From Thainema sp. (lineage in GTDB: Bacteria > Cyanobacteriota > Cyanobacteriia > Phormidesmidales > Phormidesmidaceae): 16,207 nt of DNA. Below the pieces are notes generated by a model. The model did not search any database and was not told the DNA's origin. It was given only the letters and a program-made list of their open reading frames with translations. The stretch spans positions 1 to 16,207 of the forward strand of contig JBQLZK010000104.1 of NCBI GenBank assembly GCA_052168235.1, written 5' to 3'. Shown here piece after piece: positions 8,490-16,175 of this stretch (positions within the stretch are counted from its first letter, which is position 1; the number at the start of each line of letters is the position of its first letter). Position numbers and translations under genes: made by a program.

Positions 8490-8520
8490 AGGCGAGAGGC
8501 GAGAGGAGTAAGGAGTAAGG
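8490..8520. repeat. Heptamer tandem repeats (STRR-like)
   Basis: AGGCGAG x2 followed by AGGAGTA x2 in the LOG-nfi spacer. Heptameric intergenic repeats are common in filamentous cyanobacteria. Confidence 0.6.
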
Positions 8521-8535
8521 AAAGAAAAACAGTCC

Positions 8536-9597
8536 TCACTTATGCTCTGGATGAGTCGTTTCGGGGCGAGAGTCACTAAACCGATTGAGTCCCATAATGA
8601 ACTGATGCAGGCGGCCATAGTCGCGCTGATTAAAGTACATCACCAAGCGCGGCATCTCTTCCGTTTCGTCGCCGACTTCCTGAGGAAGGGCTTTACTCTT
8701 TTCGATTTTGCCTTTGACCAAAATGTCGCTGTACTCTTCATTTAGCTGATGAATGGCCTCATCCGATAGCTCGCAGTTGAGCCGCATCACAAACCGCTCG
8801 CCCACATAGCGACTAGAGTGATAGACCCGATAAAAATCTGCGATCGCTTGGCAGGCTTCATCTAGCGAGTCGGTAATCACGTACAGGCTCGGATCATCAA
8901 CGCTGATTAATCCTTTGTCGAGTAGATGCTGTCGAATGTAAACATCCCAGCTCTTCCAGTAGTCTCCCCCCGGTTGATCAACCATCACTAGCGGCACGAG
9001 CCCCGATTTGCCTGTTTGAATCAGAGTTAGGCACTCGAATGCTTCGTCTTGTGTGCCAAAACCGCCGGGGAACAGAGCCAGCGCATCACTTTCTCGCAGG
9101 AAGAACAGCTTGCGCGTGAAAAAGTACTTGAAGAACAGCAGCTTTTGGTCGCCGTGGATAAACGGGTTGGCTCCCTGCTCAAACGGTAATTGAATATTGA
9201 GGCCAAAGGAATTGCCCGCACCTGCGCCCATGTTACCCGCCTGCATGATGCCGCCGCCCGCGCCCGTCATCACCATGAAGCCCTGCTTCGTCACCTGGCG
9301 GGCAAACTCCAGCGCCATCTGATATTCAGGATGATCTGCTGGAGTACGGGCTGAGCCAAAAATGGTAATCTTACGCACATGACGATAGGGATAGAACATC
9401 TCAAACGCCTGCGCCATGTCTTGTAGCGAGTAATTTAAGATTTTCCAATCCAGGCGATCCGCTTCACTCTCTGCCAGCCGAACTAAAGTGAGGAGTGCCT
9501 GCTGAATGAACTCTCGGTGTTTCATCGTCGGCAGGTCTCGTATCAGTTGACTGACTTCTGCCTCAAGTGCTGTGAGTGAATTGGGAGACGAAACCAT
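8536..9597 (-). CDS. LOG-family (nucleotide 5'-monophosphate phosphoribohydrolase-like) protein with N- and C-terminal extensions
   Basis: ITIFGSART, MTGAGGGIMQAGN, GLNIQLPFEQ..N, FKYFFTRK and the signature PGGFGTQDE. Confidence 0.92.
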   Translation of the reverse strand: MVSSPNSLTALEAEVSQLIRDLPTMKHREFIQQALLTLVRLAESEADRLDWKILNYSLQDMAQAFEMFYPYRHVRKITIFGSARTPADHPEYQMALEFARQVTKQGFMVMTGAGGGIMQAGNMGAGAGNSFGLNIQLPFEQGANPFIHGDQKLLFFKYFFTRKLFFLRESDALALFPGGFGTQDEAFECLTLIQTGKSGLVPLVMVDQPGGDYWKSWDVYIRQHLLDKGLISVDDPSLYVITDSLDEACQAIADFYRVYHSSRYVGERFVMRLNCELSDEAIHQLNEEYSDILVKGKIEKSKALPQEVGDETEEMPRLVMYFNQRDYGRLHQFIMGLNRFSDSRPETTHPEHK

Positions 9598-9670
9598 AGG
9601 ACCTCGTGAGTGCGGATCTTTATTCTATCGGGGTTTGCTACCTTCTTAGTTGGATTTCACCCATACAAAT

Positions 9671-9696
9671 GCCCTAGATGAAATTTCACCTAGGGC
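9671..9696. other. Palindrome between trxA and the LOG gene (hairpin or operator)
   Basis: GCCCTAG-A-TGAAATTTCA-C-CTAGGGC. The single mismatch becomes a G-U pair on the minus (mRNA) strand. Confidence 0.5.
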
Positions 9697-9826
9697 GCTG
9701 ATTTAAGTAAATGCTATTGAGTGAACAGGCAACCTCAATCTAGCCAAAGTTTAGCTAAACTGCGATCTCACCATCTCAATCGATGCTGCTTAATTTAGCT
9801 CTGAGTATAGCGATGTGGAATGTGCG

Positions 9827-10150
9827 TTAAAGATACTTCTCTAGCGTATTAGCCAAAGTGGTTTTGGGCACAGCTCCAACGACCATATCGACGCGCTGAC
9901 CACCCTTAAACACCATCAGCGTGGGAATGCTGCGGATGCCGTACTGGCTGGCTACGCTGGGGTTTTCGTCGGTGTTGACTTTGACGACTTTAACCTTGCC
10001 GTCGTACTGTTCTGAAATTTCATCAACGACGGGAGCTACCATTCGGCATGGGCCACACCAGGGTGCCCAGAAATCGACTAAAACGGGAAGCTCGCTTTCA
10101 AGTACTTCTTGTTTAAATGTGGAATCTGTAACTTGTGCGGCTGCTGACAT
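9827..10150 (-). CDS. trxA: Thioredoxin (m-type)
   Basis: [18 protein letters not shown] active site, YGIRSIPT and VVGAVPK; 107 aa. Confidence 0.98.
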   Translation of the reverse strand: MSAAAQVTDSTFKQEVLESELPVLVDFWAPWCGPCRMVAPVVDEISEQYDGKVKVVKVNTDENPSVASQYGIRSIPTLMVFKGGQRVDMVVGAVPKTTLANTLEKYL

Positions 10151-10297
10151 GCCTAGTAATCCTTGCCTACGTAATCTTGTTCAGAATTCTATCATAGCCA
10201 GAGCTGGCTATTTCGCATCGCAAACTTTCTCTTCGTTTAAGAAAAAGCAGTTTGGATTTCAACTAATCTTGCCTGAAACGGGTCGAGTACTAAACCT

Positions 10298-11173
10298 TCA
10301 AAAGGCGTACTTTTCCAAAACCTGTGCGATCGCAGCATTAAATGCCTGTGGTTCCACTAAAAATGGCCAGTGATTGCCGGGGACAGTGACAAATTGCAAC
10401 TGGGTTAGATAATGACGAAACGAATTAATTTGAAAATTGGAGCGATTCAACCCCTGCTCCGGCTGGATAAAGGTGCAGGGCACATCTAGCGTCTCTGTTA
10501 ACCCATCCACTAGCAGCATATCCATAAATACTTCGTCGCGCGCGGGTTGGACAAATTTGCTGCCCCATTGGCCATTTGCTTTTTCTTCCATGCCTCGCTG
10601 AAACACTTCCGCCTGAAAATCACTCCAGCCTCGATACTGCTTTAACTGCTGCGCCACCTGCTTCGCTTGTTCATAGCTATCGAATGGCCCCATCACTTTC
10701 AAAAAGGGCAGAACCCGATACAGCAGTGGAAACGTTAGTTTGAAAGCCTTGGGTAACTGCTTGACGAAGAATGGATCAACCAGCGTTAGGCTTTGTACCC
10801 GCTCAGGCTGCTGCTTGGCCCAGATCAGCGCCACTTTGGCTGACCAAGAATGAGCAATTACATGGGCTGATCTGCAACCCATCTCACGCATCAGCGCATT
10901 CAAATCGGCCACAATGTCCTGACAGCGATATCCAGTCGTGGGCTTGCTGCTGTCGCCATGTCCGCGTAGATCAGGAGCAACACAGCGATAGCGATCGCAC
11001 AATTCTCCAGCTAACTCTCGCCACACGAAACCATGATCGGCCAAGCCATGCAGCAACAGTAGCGGTATTCCGTCGGGATTTCCCCAGTCCCAGTAGGATA
11101 GCTGCACGTCCGATGTACAGTGCATGACTTTGCGGCAATCCAATTCTGGCGTGAGGTGTGGCGTGTGTGTCAT
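10298..11173 (-). CDS. Alpha/beta fold hydrolase
   Basis: LLLLHGL oxyanion motif, APDLRGHGDS, nucleophile elbow AHSWSA, and catalytic His in GNHW..LVEP..FN. Confidence 0.92.
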   Translation of the reverse strand: MTHTPHLTPELDCRKVMHCTSDVQLSYWDWGNPDGIPLLLLHGLADHGFVWRELAGELCDRYRCVAPDLRGHGDSSKPTTGYRCQDIVADLNALMREMGCRSAHVIAHSWSAKVALIWAKQQPERVQSLTLVDPFFVKQLPKAFKLTFPLLYRVLPFLKVMGPFDSYEQAKQVAQQLKQYRGWSDFQAEVFQRGMEEKANGQWGSKFVQPARDEVFMDMLLVDGLTETLDVPCTFIQPEQGLNRSNFQINSFRHYLTQLQFVTVPGNHWPFLVEPQAFNAAIAQVLEKYAF

Positions 11174-11229
11174 GGTGTAATGTCGGTAATTTGAAGCTGA
11201 AGATGCTTAAAACGAATGTGCGAGTGCTG

Positions 11230-11255
11230 TGTCAAATTAGTTTGTCAAATTAGTT
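11230..11255. repeat. 13-bp direct tandem repeat upstream of the hydrolase
   Basis: TGTCAAATTAGTT x2, exact. Confidence 0.8.
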
Positions 11256-11396
11256 TTGATGGTTGATATGCCACGTTTTGCGCTCTAAATTTTGCCATAA
11301 AAGCTGGCAAAGGCGAGTGCCGTCGCATTACAACAGCTACTCGCCTCTTTCTGCTCTCGATTCGAAGGTGTAAATGTCTCAGTTAAATTGAAAGAC

Positions 11397-11462
11397 ACCA
11401 AAAATCACTAATTTGACCCCGATTTAGCTTTCTGATACGGCGACAGATTGGTGATTTTTGGT
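11397..11462. repeat. Inverted repeat just downstream of cp12 (possible terminator or stabiliser)
   Basis: Perfect 12-bp arms ACCAAAAATCAC and GTGATTTTTGGT, extendable inward by 7 bp with two G-U pairs on the plus strand. Confidence 0.65.
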
Positions 11463-11488
11463 TTGGCTATAAAATAATAAATTTAGAT

Positions 11489-11713
11489 TCAGTCTTCGTA
11501 AATGCGGCATTCGTCCGCATCAGGATTTTCGTCGCAGTATTGATCCAGCGAGGTTTTACCAGGCTTCTTCTCTTTACGGTGAGAGGCTTCTGCCTGCAAC
11601 TCTTCGACTGCATCCCAAGCTGCCGCACAGTTGCTAGAATCGCTGCCTTCAGTGTCACAAACTTCACGAGCTTGCTTTAGTTCCTGGTTAATCTGTTCTT
11701 GAATATCAGCCAT
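11489..11713 (-). CDS. cp12: Calvin cycle protein CP12 (canonical form, both Cys pairs)
   Basis: N-terminal Cys pair (AREVC...NC), core AWDAVEEL and C-terminal YCDENPDADECRIYED. Confidence 0.97.
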   Translation of the reverse strand: MADIQEQINQELKQAREVCDTEGSDSSNCAAAWDAVEELQAEASHRKEKKPGKTSLDQYCDENPDADECRIYED

Positions 11714-11845
11714 AACTTTTTATGTCGCTATGCAATGAGTCAATATACTTACCGCATTGTATCGTGTTGTTTGACACCCCTTAGTAAAAAGCAGCTCAAA
11801 ATATTTCAAACGGCAGATCTGCGATCGCAACTTTCCAGCCGTCGG

Positions 11846-12427
11846 TCAGCGTGACATCACAACCTGCTTCAGCCGCTCTGGATTCGTTTCGAGATAACCG
11901 ATAGCAACCTTTGGATCTCTCCATCCCATGACCTTCATTAACTCCTGCAGCGACGCGCCATTGTTGGCGATCGCATTGGCAAACGAGCGCCGGAATGAGT
12001 GGGTAGAGATGCCCACATGATTTAACCGAGCTTTATCGACGGCGCGGCGGAGGGCATCATCGGCAGCATCAAAACTTAGGTGTGAGCCATCTTCTAGACC
12101 TGGGAACAGATACCCGTAGAACGGCTGCTGATATTCACAGAGCAGAGAGCGCAAATTCGAATGGACGTAGACTTCTCGTGTCTCTCGCTCTCCATTGGGC
12201 CGTGCTTTACGGGTTGATGCCGGAAACGTGATGGACTCGCGTGGCCATTTATCCAGTGTGTAAACATGCTCGACTCGCAGCTGAACGATAGCCCCCAATC
12301 TCTCACCCGTCCAATAAGCGATATCGAAAATCATGCGGTGCGACGGTGATCGGAATGAGCGCCGTAAATGTTGCCACTGCCGATCGCTCAAAATTGCAGC
12401 TTTCCCCGACCGATTATTTTTTGCCAA
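11846..12427 (-). CDS. Tyrosine recombinase/integrase (catalytic domain only)
   Basis: Complete catalytic set: R43 (TGER), K74, H143-x-x-R146 (THSFRR), W169 (MGW) and Y178, plus YLFPG. At 193 aa it lacks N-terminal core- and arm-binding domains. TTG start. Confidence 0.93.
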   Translation of the reverse strand: MAKNNRSGKAAILSDRQWQHLRRSFRSPSHRMIFDIAYWTGERLGAIVQLRVEHVYTLDKWPRESITFPASTRKARPNGERETREVYVHSNLRSLLCEYQQPFYGYLFPGLEDGSHLSFDAADDALRRAVDKARLNHVGISTHSFRRSFANAIANNGASLQELMKVMGWRDPKVAIGYLETNPERLKQVVMSR

Positions 12428-12446
12428 TTCTCGCTCTAAAATCCTT

Positions 12447-12479
12447 CCAAATTATTCGTTGAATCCTCGAATAACTTGG
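12447..12479. promoter_or_regulatory. Inverted repeat 20 bp upstream of the recombinase; candidate recombinase binding or crossover site, or operator
   Basis: CCAAATTATTCG-ttgaatcct-CGAATAACTTGG: 12-bp arms with one mismatch and an asymmetric 9-bp spacer. Confidence 0.55.
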
Positions 12480-12646
12480 CGGTTTTCCTCCGCTAACTAC
12501 TGACAAATATAGCTCTAAGCCTTATCAGATAAGCATCGTGGAATTGCTGAAGATCTACAAATTCTACAGAGAAGTTGGTGATTGCCGCGCTTCAAATCAG
12601 TTTTTACAGTTGATTTATTCCTAACAGTAAACCGAGGAAAAAAGCA

Positions 12647-12964
12647 ATGCCACTATCAATTACTCAACGGTTCGGAGCAAGCGCCACATTAACTGCCGGG
12701 GTTTTGAGCGTCACTATCACCGAGCTGGCAAATCTCGATGACCCCCAAGCATCAGCCGATCAAATTCTGGCGGCCATGATTCTGCATAGCAAAGCTGTTC
12801 AGCCCACAAATGCTCTTGACGATGCAACAGTTGGCGTTACCATCGACGATCCATTCAAGAGTTTTGCTCGCACCGATACCCAAATTCAGCATAGCTACAG
12901 CGTCAATTTGTATGAAGTAGCCAGTGGAGCTGGAGCCCTTGACCCGGATGACGTGGTGAGCTAA
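12647..12964 (+). CDS. Hypothetical protein (105 aa), first gene of the element operon; candidate structural protein
   Basis: GAGG RBS at 12634-12637. Its stop overlaps the next start (TAATG). Ala/Thr/Asp/Ser-rich with a beta-helix-beta pattern; no family recognised. Confidence 0.8.
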   Translation: MPLSITQRFGASATLTAGVLSVTITELANLDDPQASADQILAAMILHSKAVQPTNALDDATVGVTIDDPFKSFARTDTQIQHSYSVNLYEVASGAGALDPDDVVS

Positions 12965-13596
12965 TGGCTGAGCAAGAGACGATCGTCTATTTTCGCTACC
13001 CAGGCGATACCACCTGGCAACAGGTCAAGGTGGCTGGTTCATCAGCCACCGCTGAAACCGAATCCGTCAGCATTCCCGCTCCATGTGCTCAGAGCTATGA
13101 ACTGACGTATGTGGTGAACTGGCGCAACATTGTCGGCGCTGGTTGCCTCAATCGACCGCGCGAATACAAAGTAACCAGGACTGGCCCCTTCATTGCACCG
13201 ATTGATCGCTTCGTTGGGAACCAGTGGCTCGTCCAGCTTGACCGCTATGACACAGAGGGGAATTTCATTCAGTCTGACACCCTAAACGGCGCGTGCTTCG
13301 GTGCATCCAGTCACGCGCCCGATAGCGAGCTAATTTCCTGCATTCCCCTCGGCACACCGTCAAACGACTGCGGCCCTACCGAGTGCAAATTCATCGTCCG
13401 GAATGCCGAGGGTGCGATCGTCTACTCAGAGCAAAACGAAGTTTGTCCTGAGTGGAAAATCTCGTCCGGCTGCCCCCCAGACACGATCGAGTGTGGCGAT
13501 TGCTGTCTGGACTGTGGCGATTATCTCGGTGATGTGCGATCGCTCATTTCTCAGGTTAAACAGCTCACAGGTTCACCCGTTGCTTATCAGGGTTAA
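12964..13596 (+). CDS. Cysteine-rich hypothetical protein (210 aa)
   Basis: 12 Cys, including a C-x8-C-x6-C-x2-CC-x2-C cluster (aa 161-184) followed by a heptad helix. Translationally coupled to the upstream ORF. Confidence 0.82.
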   Translation: MAEQETIVYFRYPGDTTWQQVKVAGSSATAETESVSIPAPCAQSYELTYVVNWRNIVGAGCLNRPREYKVTRTGPFIAPIDRFVGNQWLVQLDRYDTEGNFIQSDTLNGACFGASSHAPDSELISCIPLGTPSNDCGPTECKFIVRNAEGAIVYSEQNEVCPEWKISSGCPPDTIECGDCCLDCGDYLGDVRSLISQVKQLTGSPVAYQG

Positions 13597-13599
13597 ATC

Positions 13600-15762
13600 A
13601 TGTCGGAATGCGATGAATTGAAGCAAGAAATTGCGGCGCTGAGGGCTGAGATTGCCAAGCTACAACCGTTTACCGAGAACAAGTTTAAGGACTGGCTCGG
13701 TAAATTTGGTCTACCTGTTTTGGGTGGAACTTTTGTCATCAACAACTTCAAAGAGTTGGGAGATGCACAATCAATCTCAACCTATGTAACAACTCGTCAC
13801 CGAGCCGCGATGCAGCGAGCTGAGAAAGCTATTGAGGATGCTTTATCTGCGTCGAATAAGGCCAGCGCTGCCCAAAGTTTAGCCAATACAGCTAAAAGCA
13901 AAGCTGAAGATGTAGCAGAAGGTTTAACAAGGCTGGAGGGTTTTGTTAATAGGGTTATAGGAGAGATTAGAGGGCTGATTGATGATGCTGTAGAGAAAGC
14001 GGGTAAAGCCCTCTCGGAGGCATTAGGCGCGACTAAATTAGGTCGTCAGGCTTTGAATCTTGCTGAAGAAATCGCACCTATTGCTAAACGAGCGCTCAAT
14101 GTGACGCTGAAACTATTGGGGCAAATTCTCAACATCTTGGATCTCATTGCTGGGCTCGCAACCTTGGCAGAGGTGCAAGGACTCCGTAAACGGATGAAAG
14201 CTTTAGAGGATGGTCAACGAATCCAAGACCGCGACCTATCCCGCATTCTGAGCATCATCACCTCGATTAAATTCAGGGTTGATGAGCTGGAAGGTGGTTT
14301 GAAATATGCCTACAGACGAATCTCTGAAGCGAATAGGAAAGCGGTTGAGGCGATCAAGGATTCGGCTAGAGCGCTAACGGAGGCAGGACAAGCCTTTTCA
14401 ACCGCTCGCGATGCTCAAAGGGATGCTGAGAGTGCGCAGAATACAGCAACTCGCGCCGCGCGTGATGCTGCTGTGGCTGTGGCAACTGCTAACGCGGCTC
14501 AGGCGGCGATCGGTGCTGTTGCAGGCGTAGCGAATCGAGCATTAGGTCGTGCTGGAACGGCTGAAGGGAAAGCGGATAGAGCATTAAATCTGGCCCGTCG
14601 TGCTGGCAGAGGTGAGAGAGGGCCGCGCGGTCTACCCGGTCGTCCCGGTCGTGATGGGAAAGATGGCGCACCTGGTAGAACTGGCGCACCTGGCAGAACT
14701 GGCGCACCTGGCAGAACTGGCGCACCTGGCAGAGCTGGCGCACCTGGTAGAGCTGGCGCACCTGGCAGAGCTGGCGCAAAAGGTGACCGAGGGCCAGCAG
14801 GCGCACCGGGCAGAGATGGTAGACCTGGACGTGATGGGAAGGATGGAGAAATGGACGCAGCCGACAAAGCTCTACTCAGGAAGATCGATCGCACCACTAC
14901 CGACACCAATCGCCTGAGTAAGGTGATGTCCCCAGTGGTGCTGCTCACTCGCAAGGTGGCAGTCGAGACTCAGAAAAAACTGAACTTGCTCGATACATTT
15001 CTCCGGAAAGCGTGGCAGTTCACACGTATGGATAAAGTAGTGTCAGCCCTAACGCTAGTCGTCACGTTGCATAACGCCTCAATGCTCGCGCGTGACCTGG
15101 GAGAGACATTAGGTGAACTCACCTCTCAAGTTTTGAACGTCATCGGTATCCGTGATGAGAACGGGAACGCCCTCGACGTTAACGGTCTGATCGGCAGCTC
15201 GTTTGAAAACTTACTCATTTCCATCCTGGGTCAGGAAGTCTACAGCGGAGTCCGGCAGAACTGGCTCAAGGCTAATCGAGTGCTGCAAGCTGGCTCGCAG
15301 GTCATCTGGACTGTTCGCAGCATCATGGACAGCACAGCCGAAGTCGAGGAATGGATCGCTGAGAACTTGGGCAAAATCGGCAACGCCCTTAAAAAATACG
15401 GTGTAGTCGGTCGTGCTGCCTATCCCTACATGTCCGAACGGATGAGGGCACAGGAAAGATGGCGCAACAAACTTGGCCGCGTCACGGACGGTCTAGAGTC
15501 GCTGGAGGATACCGCCAGTTCACTCTATGCCGTCACCAGTACAGTTAGGGATGCTCAGGAAGAAATTGGTGAACTTGGCAACAACGCAGGGCAATTCTTG
15601 GGCATGGTCACAGGCGAGATTGATCCGGCCACAGGTCAGCCATACCTCCCACCAGAGCCACAACAACCCGTCGATAATGCTGAAGTCGCTGCCGCCGCTG
15701 CCGCTGCCGCCGCCGCAAGCCAGTCGCCAGAGATCAGCACAGCCGACATGAATCGGGGTTAA
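13600..15762 (+). CDS. Coiled-coil/collagen-like fibre protein (720 aa)
   Basis: Ala-rich coiled-coil tracts, 27 uninterrupted Gly-X-Y triplets (nt 14611-14853), a helical C-terminal domain of about 300 aa and a Pro/Ala-rich tail. It starts 3 nt after the previous stop. Confidence 0.9.
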   Translation: MSECDELKQEIAALRAEIAKLQPFTENKFKDWLGKFGLPVLGGTFVINNFKELGDAQSISTYVTTRHRAAMQRAEKAIEDALSASNKASAAQSLANTAKSKAEDVAEGLTRLEGFVNRVIGEIRGLIDDAVEKAGKALSEALGATKLGRQALNLAEEIAPIAKRALNVTLKLLGQILNILDLIAGLATLAEVQGLRKRMKALEDGQRIQDRDLSRILSIITSIKFRVDELEGGLKYAYRRISEANRKAVEAIKDSARALTEAGQAFSTARDAQRDAESAQNTATRAARDAAVAVATANAAQAAIGAVAGVANRALGRAGTAEGKADRALNLARRAGRGERGPRGLPGRPGRDGKDGAPGRTGAPGRTGAPGRTGAPGRAGAPGRAGAPGRAGAKGDRGPAGAPGRDGRPGRDGKDGEMDAADKALLRKIDRTTTDTNRLSKVMSPVVLLTRKVAVETQKKLNLLDTFLRKAWQFTRMDKVVSALTLVVTLHNASMLARDLGETLGELTSQVLNVIGIRDENGNALDVNGLIGSSFENLLISILGQEVYSGVRQNWLKANRVLQAGSQVIWTVRSIMDSTAEVEEWIAENLGKIGNALKKYGVVGRAAYPYMSERMRAQERWRNKLGRVTDGLESLEDTASSLYAVTSTVRDAQEEIGELGNNAGQFLGMVTGEIDPATGQPYLPPEPQQPVDNAEVAAAAAAAAAASQSPEISTADMNRG
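14665..14772 (+). repeat. Coding tandem repeat, 18 bp x 6 (GAPGRT/GAPGRA)
   Basis: GGCGCACCTGGYAGARCT repeated six times, plus a partial GGCGCA. Confidence 0.95.
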
Positions 15763-15776
15763 GGGAGGAAACGCCA

Positions 15777-16175
15777 GTGCTACCGGATAATTTCAGCCCT
15801 TCTGAACATCTACAGGACACCATCAAAAAGATTTATAACCGTGCTGTCCGTGACTATTTCAAAGATCTGGGTGGTGATGATTGGTCACCCAATATCGACA
15901 CATCACGCGATTCGTTGCGCACAGCGGTGCAGCATTTTGACGGCGATACTTTTTTCATGACCATTGCAAAAATGCTGGCCTTTGACCTTGCTCTTGGTCA
16001 GCGTATGCAGGGTGTACCGGGATTTGAGGAAGGCGGCAAGGGCATCTACCGCAAACAGAAGCCCCAAATCCTGCTCTATTTTCAAGAGGATAACGAGGAC
16101 ATTGAACCGGGATACGCGCCCGTTACAGCCCGAATTTCATTTCGGCTGATGAACTACTGGTTAGTCAAGAATTAA
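15777..16175 (+). pseudogene. Hypothetical protein of the element operon, interrupted by an IS630-family insertion
   Basis: GGGAGG RBS at 15763-15768 and a GTG start. After ...ISFRLMNY the last codons (WLVKN*) are read from the IS end that begins at 16157. Confidence 0.7.

Larger units (their letters stand above)
819..13543. repeat. Dispersed HIP1 octamers (GCGATCGC)
   Basis: Copies read at about 819, 1261, 2602, 3161, 3344, 5237, 6265, 6977, 7927, 8229, 8371, 8840, 10326, 10991, 11821, 11967 and 13536 (manual count, may be incomplete). HIP1 is a hallmark of cyanobacterial genomes. Confidence 0.9.
11829..16156. mobile_element. Putative integrated element/provirus (left part; continues beyond the IS630 insertion and the window)
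   Basis: Housekeeping genes end abruptly. A tyrosine recombinase is followed by a divergent, tightly packed operon of unknown genes that includes a collagen-like fibre. HIP1 is sparser here. The left boundary is approximate and no att duplication is visible in the window. Confidence 0.65.

Noticed and set aside
9921..11127. ORFs 9921-10373(+) and 10771-11127(+)
   Set aside because: They are antisense to trxA and the hydrolase and lack coding features.
9827..11713. trxA and cp12 as a dedicated redox operon
   Set aside because: They are functionally related but separated by a hydrolase and long hairpin-containing spacers, with no sequence evidence of co-transcription.
11714..11845. tRNA or tmRNA attachment site beside the recombinase
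   Set aside because: No T-loop (GTTCGA), cloverleaf or CCA-ended fragment is visible on either strand.
12647..12730. Type IV pilin or inovirus coat leader in the 105-aa ORF
   Set aside because: There is no G|FxxxE prepilin site and no 18-20 aa strongly hydrophobic helix.
14665..14772. 18-bp repeats as a CRISPR array
   Set aside because: The units are contiguous with no spacers and encode in-frame collagen triplets.
14489..14954. Repetitive ORFs 14489-14806(-), 14499-14954(-) and 14600-14917(+)
   Set aside because: They are shadow frames of the stop-free GC-rich collagen repeat. The antisense GAP pattern arises from the near-symmetric codons.
12964..16156. Diversity-generating retroelement or shufflon acting on the fibre genes
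   Set aside because: I found no reverse transcriptase, no template/variable repeat pair and no repeated inversion sites within the window.
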